64,000 nt of DNA, from assembly GCA_943704425.1 (NCBI GenBank), contig CALSCP010002292.1, positions 1 to 64,000 on the forward strand, read 5' to 3'. Of this stretch, positions 54,881 to 64,000 are shown one piece after another. This DNA is from Ministeria vibrans ATCC 50519. Its lineage: Eukaryota; Protista; Filasterea. The notes under the pieces were generated by a model, which made no database searches, was not told where the DNA came from, and worked only from the letters and a program-made list of their open reading frames with translations. Numbering within the stretch: the stretch's first letter is position 1; every line of letters begins with the position of its first letter. The position numbers were made by a program, and so were the translations under genes.

Positions 54881-55908
54881 TTATGATGAAGAAGATTTTA
54901 CAAAGGCGGCTTTGGCAGTGCGGTACGCTTCTGCTTGTCGCTCCAGTGACGCACGCAACGCCGCAATGTCGAGCACAAGATCCAACCCTAACAAAAGAGC
55001 GATTGAGATCGAGAGAGAGAGAGAGAGGTGAGGAGATAGAAACAAAGTGATAGATAGAGGGGAGGAGATAGAAACAAAGTGATAGATAGAGAGGAGGAGA
55101 TAGAAACAAAGTGATAGATAGAGGGGAGGAGATAGAAACAAAGTGATAGAGAGAGGCATAGAAATGCGCGATATGAGGCACCTTTGGAGTACGCTTGCTG
55201 TGATTGCCGCAATGACAGGGGTGGAAGCATGGCAAACCAGCGCAGTGGGTCTGTGACTTTCTTTTTGCCCTTCTGCTTCACTTGGTCGGGCTCCTTGTCC
55301 TCTCGCTCCTTCTTGTTGCTACTTGACGTGCCCTTTTCCTTTGACGTGTCCTTTTCCTTCGACGTGGGCGATGCGCCTACACCTGTACTGTCTCCCTTTC
55401 TGCGCTGGCGCACGCCTGACGGCGTCGGCGACGACGAGGGCTCGGGCGCAGGCGTGCCGGGCCCCTCCTCGTCCGCCACGACGGCCTCCCTGGTCGCACG
55501 CGTCCATCGATGCGACTCTTCGTCGACAGTCGCCACCGACGTGGCATTCATCGAGGCTGGGAACTGCAGTGGAGTGATAGGGACGCCGCTGTAGCGTGCC
55601 TGCGCCAGGAACAGATTGCCCTACGCAAAACCAAGAGTGTTACGCCATCGTCCCTTTCGGTCTCCTCTCGCTGTACTTGTCTCAGCGATTCGCTTAGCTG
55701 TGCGTTAAGAGTCTAATGTGCCAAAGGAGCATTCCACAGGAAGCGAGGAGGAGGAGGAGGAGGAGGAGGAGGAGGAGGAGGGTGCGAAGGCAAAGAGAGA
55801 GTGGATGAGGTGTCAGTGTGTTTGTCTGTCATCACACTTGCAAACCTGAAGTTTTTCGTAGTCTTCCAGAAAGGACAAGGCCAACCCATCGAGATGTTCG
55901 TCGTTCAT
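54881..55908 (-). CDS. CCDC115: V-ATPase assembly factor Vma22/CCDC115
   Basis: GNLFLAQARY, DPLRWFAMLPPLSLRQSQQAY. Confidence 0.8.
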
Positions 55909-55997
55909 TGTACTCCAAGATATGAATAAGATTGAAATACCAATTTATTCTTCAAATTCTTGATTCCACTTACTTTGATTCCATTCATGCTTGTAAC

Positions 55998-56402
55998 ATG
56001 AAGGAGGCACTTCCAGCTTACTATCACAACGCAAAAGAGAATCTAAACCGGGGCGCGTTGAGCGGCGCTGGATTCGGTACTGTCCGCTTCTCTTGATCCT
56101 CGCACGTCGCCACTCTGCTGACTTGCACGCCATAGGCATCATTGTAGCGCAGATTGGGATATGGGGGTTTAGGATTGAAGCGAGTCGCAGGGTCCCCATC
56201 TTCATCAGTACGTCTGTGAGTTCACTTTGTCTCTCGGTCTCTCTCTCTCTCTCTCTCGATCTCTCGCTCTCTCTTCCTCTCAAGCGAATGTCGTCTAGGC
56301 ACCTCGCTGGGATGCGCGACAATTGGAGCCAGTCTCACTGCATACATGATGTACAAGCGAGGCAGTGAGGCTGAGAGGCAAGCGGCACAACGCGATCAAT
56401 AA
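55998..56402 (+). CDS. Small two-TM membrane protein (about 84 aa, 3 exons)
   Basis: Phase-consistent model MKEALPAYYHNAKENLNRGALSGAGF|GIIVAQIGIWGF..IFI|STSLGCATIGASLTAYMMYKR..*. Confidence 0.6.
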
Positions 56403-56532
56403 TAAAAAAACGTCTTTTTTTTTTCATTTTCATTTTCACACACATTGAAAAACTAACTCTCACTCACTGTCTCTCTCACTCACTCTCTCTCGCCGTTATT
56501 ACGTACAAGACAGACAAGAAAGGATGCAGTGA

Positions 56533-57604
56533 TCAGGCGGTCTTGTTGTCGTTGGGACAGGCGCGAGCAACGTGTCCGGTCTGGCCACACTTGAAGCAGG
56601 AGCGCACGTCAACGGGACTGGTACACTCGGCCGACTTGTGTCCGGCCATGCCGCACTTGTGGCAGCCAGTGGGACCCGATGCCATGCCGCCGTGACCGGT
56701 GCACTCGCGCGCCCAGTGACCCGGCTGGCCGCATCGGTAGCACTTGACTGTTTCCTTGCCACCGCCGGGGCCTTTGGGAGTGGGACAGTCGCGCGCCAGA
56801 TGGCCAAACTACACACACACAAAAACAAAGGAAATGAGGGCATATGTACACATAAGGGCTAGTGGTGTCGTACGCCTTGGCACTGGTAGCAGCGGGTGCT
56901 AGGGTCGCCGCCGCCGCCCTGGTGCTGCGGTGCATACGCACCCCACGCCGCCTGGTACGCCGCAAAGTTGTACATGTCCATGGCCGCTGGTGGTGAAGGC
57001 AATCGTGTTGGGAGTAAGATGTTGCTTTTTCTTGTATGTTTCTCTTTTTTTTGAAAATGGGGTCTGAGTGTAAACATACCGCGTGCTGAGGCAGCGTAGG
57101 GGTCCTGGTGAGCGCCGTGCTGCGAGGTCATGGCGCCGCTTGCTGCGTGCTGCTGTGCCGCCAGCTGCGCCTGGAAGAACTCAGGCATGGTCGCAGCCGC
57201 AGCCAACACGGCAGCCGTAGGAGGCGCGCCTGCTCCCGGTGGCGGCATGGGTCCCGAACCAGGCTGCGTCGATGAGTAGCGCTCGTACGGTCGAGGCGCG
57301 CCGCGTCCACCACCACCATACCTAGAAGAAGTATATATATAAACAATGAGTTGCCCACACGCAGTATCTACTCAAACACCAGAGCGAGCGTACCGCATTG
57401 GGCCGCCTTCGGGTCGAATGGCACGTCCACTACACAAGCCACAAACACATACACATGCCATGAGCGCGCTTCACATGCGACGACACAAGGACGCTTACCG
57501 AGTGGGCACAGGGAAGGTAGGGCAATCGGGGCCATGATGGCCATGTTCGCCACACACGTAGCACTTGTCGCGCGCAAGATTGGGGCAGTTGCGAGCCAAA
57601 TGTC
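56533..57604 (-). CDS. CCHC zinc-knuckle (CNBP/GIS2-like) protein, 5' end missing
   Basis: Repeated CxxCxxxGHxxxxC (CYVCGEHGH, CYQCQG, CYRCGQPGH, CHKCGMAGH, CFKCGQTGH). Confidence 0.8.
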
Positions 57605-57685
57605 CTGTGATGTGATGTGAGAGAGACTGAGTCAGAACCAGAAAGAAAAAAAAAAAAAAAAAAAAAAAAAAAAGCCATGTCGTAC

Positions 57686-59184
57686 CTGTTTAAAGAGAAG
57701 GGTCGCATTCTCGTAGCCGGACAAAATGGCAAGGCCACTGGCAGCGGCACAAGCCAGACGAAAATCTTCTTCGCCCGGGAACAAGAACCACATCTTGAGA
57801 CGCTCGTGTGCACGCCCATTCTCCAACAGGTACGCATCTGCACCCGTCGGCGACATCAGCATGTTGGCCATACACTCAAAGGCTACATACATAAAAAATA
57901 ATAAAAAAATTAAGACACAACTATCAGCTCGCATACACACGCATCTACTACAGACACACACGCGTACCCGCCTGCTGAATGCGCGGGTGCTCGTCGAACA
58001 TCATTGTCTCAATCGCATGAAATCCCTTCTGTCGCGTAATCTGCGTTCGCATTGCCTCGCTGAATCCCGCCAGATTCGTCAGAGCCATCAGTGCCTCAAA
58101 CTACAACAACAAAGCGACAAAGTAATGAGCAAAAATTGTCGCTAGCATACACGCTGACCTGTTGCAGGTCGGTTGTAGTGGGTTCAAGCAGCCCAATGAG
58201 CGGTCGCACGAGATCAGCCGCCTTCTGAGCCCCATACAGCTGCGGATTGGTCGTGATGGCCAGTTTTGCCAGTGCCTGAGCCGCAGCAGCTTTGCCCTAA
58301 CCATTTCAAACACAATCAGTCTCGCAGCGAGTCATATACGCAATTATAGTGCCCCATGCATTACCTTGTCCGTTCCGTTGTTCGCAAGAAACATCAGTGT
58401 CTTCATGCCACCCTGCTGGACCACTCGGCCCCGCTGTTGCAAGTCGTTGCCCTTCACCAGCACAAGCATAATCCGCGACATCAGCTCAAGCAGCGCTAAG
58501 CCGAGCAGATAAGAAAGGAAACTATGAAAATTGAACGGTTCGTTCCTTACCAGCACTTTCGTCCGACTGAGTGAGCAAAAAGAGAGAGCCCACAAGACCC
58601 ACATTAATGACACGTGCAATGCGCTCTTCAACAAAGTCCTCGTGATCCAGTTCATGGTCTTCAGGCACGTGCTACAAAAAAAGAAAGGAAGGAAGAAAGA
58701 GGAGAAAGGAACAAAGTGATCGAGAGAGAGAGAGAGAAACAAAGTGATAGATAGAGAGAGAAACAAGGTGATAGAGAGAGAGAATAAAAAAGACGAAAAA
58801 AGTAAGAAAGTGAGAGGAAAAACGAAAAAGAAGCCGAACACAATATGTACCTCTTTGGCAAACTTGCGCAGTTTCTCCATATCTTCATTGCGTTCGGGCT
58901 TCTCCATGGCATTGGTGACATTATAAAAGCACTGCACAACCCCATAGCGCACAGTGCGATCCTCCTCCTCCTTTGCCAGATCCATCAACACCTATGATCA
59001 TAATATTATTATCATCATTAGTCACTAATTACATTTTCCATCATTGATAAGTATTTGTGTAGATCTAACCTTCATTGCGAGAGTGTCCTGTGTTAGCACT
59101 TCCTTCACCTCGGGATCCATCGAGAGAAACGCCATAGCCTGCAGAAAGGAGATGAGTCAGCAGACACACACATGCACATGCAAA

Positions 59185-59232
<48 letters not shown>

Positions 59233-61322
59233 GTTTTGCTGTCTACCTCCACTGCCCAGCGACGCAAATCAATATCCTTCTTGGAGTCAACTACAAACTT
59301 GCGCGCTGTGCGTCCCAGGTTGACCATGCTACCCTCGCCAAAGGTCGCACGCGAGGCAGCCGCATCGCCGGCCGTAGTGGCGCCAATTTTGCACAGGCCA
59401 ACCATGGCGCGGACACGACAGCGGTCGTTAGTCGATTTAAACAACGCCTTGAGAGGCATGAAGCCCAGCTGAAGAATCACTCCGGCGCGCTTCTTGTCAC
59501 TCACGGCAAAGGCAAGTGCCTCGGCCGCGGCGATTTGCGTCTCTTCGTCGGGATGCGTTGCGAGCTGAATGAGCGACTCGGTCGTGCCCTGTTCGCTCAG
59601 AAGCCACTGACCAACCTCTTGCGACGCCTGCATGGTGGTGCTCAGGCCAAAGCAGCCCTCGAGAATCGCTCGCTCGTTCGTGCTGTTGATGCGGGTGCAC
59701 ACAAAGCGCGAGCACTCTCCCTGAAAGCGGTCCTCAAACTGACGACGGACCTTGTCGTAGAGCTTGCGCAGCACCACGCTCGCATGGGTGCGCAACGAAC
59801 CGTCAGTGTCGCCAATGGACGCGGCAATAAGCAGCGCGCGCACTCCACCTCGCTCAAGACAGGTGAAGGCATTGTCGCCCACGTCGAGCACACTCATCAG
59901 GCCGTTCATGGCCGATTTCTTCACCTTGAGATCAATGCCGGTCTGCGCCACCGCCGACACCAGTGTGTCCAGTGACGAGACGGCCGTCAGCGAAGTGGAC
60001 ATAACCGGGAAGGTGGACTGTGGCTTGAGTGCGTCGTCGTCGTCGTTGACAAACTCCTTGCGTACAAACGGCTTGGCCTTCTTCTCGCCATCCTCGCCCA
60101 CCTCACCGTCGCTTTCTTCGTCGTCCTCGACCTTGCCATCTTCATTGCTATTCACCACAACGGTCGCTGCAGCCGGACCCTTGCCCTTGGCTTTCCTCTT
60201 AGCCTCCGCCTCGGCCGCTGCCTTCTCCGCCGCCGCAGCCTTCTCCTGCGCCAATGCACGCTCACGCTCACGCTCCGCCTCCATGTCAAAGTCATCCGGT
60301 AACTCTGTAATGGTCGCCGGCTCAACACTCGACGTACCCACCGGTACGACCCGCTCTGCAGCCTCCGCCTCCGCCTCCATCTCGTTCTTCTTGTCGACTC
60401 CCTTCTGAACCGTCTCTTTCATCTTCTCAATGAGCTTCGCAGCCTTGGACGCCTCGTCCTTGCCGTCCTCCTTCTTCTTCTTGGGCGGCGGCGCTTTCTT
60501 CGCCTCGGGATTGTCAATAGGATTGGTCTTGATTGTCTGCGACAAAATCCCAATGGCACTCTGCGCAACCGGCACATTCGAGCTGCTCGTCAAGTGGTTC
60601 AGTCGGTGGATTCCAACCGTCTCCAGCACGGCACTCAAGTGTTTCTAGTGACCACACACAATTCGGCATTGTTTTAAAAAGAGACTTGTTAATATTATTG
60701 ATTCGGTTCGATCTGAAATATCGACACACAATGCAATACACCCTCATAACTACACTAAATATATGTGTATATTTACCTTGTGTTGGGCAACATGGTAAAA
60801 TACGCGACCCACCGCCGCCTTGAGGGAGTCCGAGGCAATCGAGTCGTCCTCGAGCAAGGGCAAAATCTTGTCGAGCACACCGTAGCGCACAACTTCGCCG
60901 GCCTGCGACTCTTCACGAGCCAGTACCATCAAATTGTTGGCGGCCGTCACCAGCTGCTCGGCATACGTGTCGTCGTCGACGGGTCGCTCGGGCTTGACGC
61001 CACCAATGTAGTCTTCGAGAATGCGCAACATGCTTTTGACACGGTTCTCGACACTCTGACCTTCCGCCGAAAGTTTCGCATTCGCCTGCGCCAACCGCCG
61101 TGCCGACGCAATAGCATCCTTGTTGTTCGGATCGTAGCGCAACACACTGCGAATGTCAAGAAACGCATCTGCAATGCGACCGCTCTTCTCCAATGCAACG
61201 CCGCGTCTACGCACGAGAAAAACGCATCGTCAACTAAGACCCGTCTCCTGAGACACGTACCTGTACAGAGCTTTCACATCGGCGGGCGTGAGTTCCAGAC
61301 AGCGTGTGCACGACGCGATCAC
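57686..61322 (-). CDS. UNC45: UNC-45 myosin chaperone (TPR-central-UCS), both ends missing
   Basis: KALYRR TPR, VRAMVGLCKIG, RRWAVE, LRKFAKE, RGRVVQQGG, AAASGLAILS. Confidence 0.88.
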
Positions 61323-61412
61323 CTGAACGAGTCGGTGTGGAGTCGAGGATGTGAGGGTGAGTGATGAGTAAAAATACAGTCTCGTCCCTTTCTCGCTCGT
61401 ATTCCCAACACA

Positions 61413-61469
<57 letters not shown>

Positions 61470-61647
61470 AGGGAGAGAGAGAGAGAAAGCGATCATAGCG
61501 CGCGACACACATCAGACCCATAGGAACAGTGCAATGGCCGTGCAGATGCAGTCGAATCGGAGTGAAACGACAACGACATGTTTCACCAAAAAAAAAAAAA
61601 AAAAAAAAAGATGAGTCGATGACAGACCGAATTGTCTCTTTCGTCAC

Positions 61648-62073
61648 CTCTGCGATTTCGCCACGCGCGGCTGCTAAAAGACGCAATGACTCAAGAGAGA
61701 GTTCGCTTCGGCGTCGGGCGGCAGGGCGCGGAGGCGTGGCAGAAGCGAGCTCGGGAATGTACAGTCCGGTGGTGGAGAGAAGCGGAGACGAGTCACGCCG
61801 CTTGAGGATGGAGCGGACGGGCAGGCGCGAGGGCGAGGGAGGACACCGTCTACAGGATGAGAGTGCGCACCGGTTAGAGTGGCGTCGAGCGACGTAGCTG
61901 CACATATTTCGTAATGATCGCGCGAGTCGAAAAGAATTAGGTTGAGCGATGACAGTGAAAACGCAGAGCGTCTCACATGACCACCGCCGAGCGTCGCGTG
62001 CGCCGTACCTTCCAACACCCTCTTGTCTCTCGTCCGTCTGGCTGTCGGTCGCAACGAAATGGAGTTTACGCAT
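61648..62073 (-). CDS. 5' exons of an unidentified gene
   Basis: ATG at 62073, GT-AG intron, exon PVRSILKRRDSSP..RGEIAE followed by a GT donor. Confidence 0.4.
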
Positions 62074-62279
62074 TACAGTCACAGCCAGGAATGAACACAA
62101 AAAAATACTGATCGAAACGACTCGAATAAATTATTTTTCAAGGATCAACTGTCAACTGGGACGAAAAAAAACGTATATTGGACAGCGTCACGCTGGGCGA
62201 TCTGGAATCTCTGGACACCAACAAGTGGCTAATGGGCAGTAAGTACGTGACACACATATGTCCGCATTTCATTCATAAA

Positions 62280-63703
62280 CTACAGAGAGGGTGGGAGTGC
62301 CATGTGGGCGCGGGCGGCTCGGCGACGGTAGCGCGAGACGCACTTGCGTCGACGCACACTCGACAGAACATTGCCTTTCGCATCGTGTGTGGGAATGCCC
62401 CACTCGTCAAATGTAGCATACCGACCAGTTTTCACGAATGAATTCTACAACCAAACAAAAGAAACAGCATCAGAGAGGGAAGAGAAGGGTGAGACAATAG
62501 ACCAGGGCAAAACCGGCCATACTCGGACGTCTTGTTCACGCTCCTGTTGTGTCTTGCGCGCTACAACAGCCCTATGCTCGCCTGTACGGGTTCCTCCCGA
62601 CTTCTCGTGTCCTACACTATCGCGAATTCGCATTCCCACCATCCGCAGCACATCTGATCGCAATCGATCACAATCCTCCAAATCTTCCTTTTGCCCCTCT
62701 CGCTACACACACACACACCACAAAGACACACACCACAAAGACACACACCACAAAGACACACACCACAAAGACACGCACCACAAAGACACGCACCACAAAG
62801 ACACGCACACACACACACACACACAATTATATATACAACAATGCGTTTTAGTGTTATCTCCGTTGTGTTTGTGGGAGTACGTTTTTGAGTGCATCTGAAC
62901 GGACAGTGGCGCGGAAGCTCTGAAATAGATGCAGCACATGATCCATTTCACTGCTCGACGTCACAAGAGCGGCCAGTCCATTCTACGCAAATGCATCAGT
63001 TGAACAACGCACACGCGCGACACGCAACTGACCTCTTTTGGGCGGGTCATTTCAAGGCCAAAGAGACAGAGCATACGATCGACAAAGTGTGCAACAGAGC
63101 GCACCAAATGGACATGGACTGCACTCGGACCGACAGAGAGTGCTCCGCTGCGCTCATGGTCGCTCTCCTGGTCACTACTCTCGTTTTGACTGTGGTTGTT
63201 GCTCTTGCGCGCTAGGTACGCATTGGTCTTTTGTACCAAATCCAGAATGCGCTGTAGCGCGGTCGGCGTGTCAAAGTCATCGCGAAGCGCACAGTCAATC
63301 TCATTGCGTGTCCCAAATAACCTGCACCACAGAGGAAATTGGTCCGTTTTCGAACACATTCGAATGTTCCTTACGCCTTTTGCAGCGCCTCCTCCGCAAT
63401 GGTCCACTGTACTTCCTGCGCATTCTCCAGTGTCTCCACTGTCGTGAAGAATCCTTTTAGTCGCTTCTCGGTCGCAAGTGCCTATCACAGCCACAAGAGG
63501 AGAAAACCAAAATTGAGAACAGCAGCGCTCTCGGTGAGTGTGCTTCTAACCTGCGTCATACTGGAGTCGGTCCATTCAGTGCGCGATCGGTATTTGGACT
63601 GAAGACAAAGCAAACGGAAGTGTTGTGCAGTGTATTGCCCCAGAAAGTCCTACACGTGTACACAATGATCCCCAGTTGCACACCTGCCACACACAAAATC
63701 TCT

Positions 63704-63787
<84 letters not shown>

Positions 63788-64000
63788 GAACCTCAATCAG
63801 CACAGAATTGTCCAACGATTTGCTCATTTTGATGCTCTGCACATGTAAATGCCCTGTGCGGCACAGTCGAGACATCAGGGGAACATGAAAGAAGTCAGTG
63901 GAAGAGGACAATAACTAATATTTGACCGTCATAGTTATACCGGAGTGAATAAAGTACGAGCACCACTGAGACGAGTCGTGAAGGGCCTCGCACTGGGCAA
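62280..64000 (-). CDS. CARS: Cysteinyl-tRNA synthetase, 3' part
   Basis: ALRDDFDTPTAL (DALR), CDRLRSDVL..GMRIRD, YATFDEWGIPTHDAKG. Confidence 0.85.
62715..62810 (-). repeat. 15-bp unit GTGTCTTTGTGGTGT (about 6 copies) in a CARS intron
   Basis: Tandem caccacaaagacaca on the + strand. Confidence 0.9.

Noticed and set aside
62140-62245. + strand SVTLGDLESLDTNKWLMG followed by gtaagt, resembling a SENP/Ulp1 start
   Set aside because: No ATG or downstream exons; it lies in the CARS 3' flank and may be chance.

Overview
Compact, intron-rich eukaryotic genomic DNA, most likely from a unicellular holozoan (probably a choanoflagellate, inferred from Raf, a talin-type FERM protein, ASK1-like, UNC-45 and Tyr-rich acidic tails). 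It holds about 28 protein-coding genes or gene fragments with GT-AG introns that are often filled with (CT)n, (GT)n, (TTA)n or homopolymer tracts, plus three N gaps. No rRNA, tRNA, CRISPR or transposon ORF was recognised. Main observations: (1) gene orientation alternates almost perfectly, with most head-to-head pairs only about 90-210 bp apart; (2) a frame-preserving ALDH7A1-like exon with intact splice sites sits inside a UBA1 intron, and four other loci switch gene identity inside repeat-filled introns (either repeat-mediated rearrangement or assembly mis-joins); (3) a dispersed motif CTCTATCACTTTGTTTC is always on the host gene's sense strand; (4) several unusual protein architectures: NOSIC-TM-amidohydrolase fusion, talin head + NPxW/F motifs + SH3 with no rod, a Raf lacking the Ras-binding domain, and an NB-ARC-TPR protein. 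Family assignments come from recalled motifs, not database searches.
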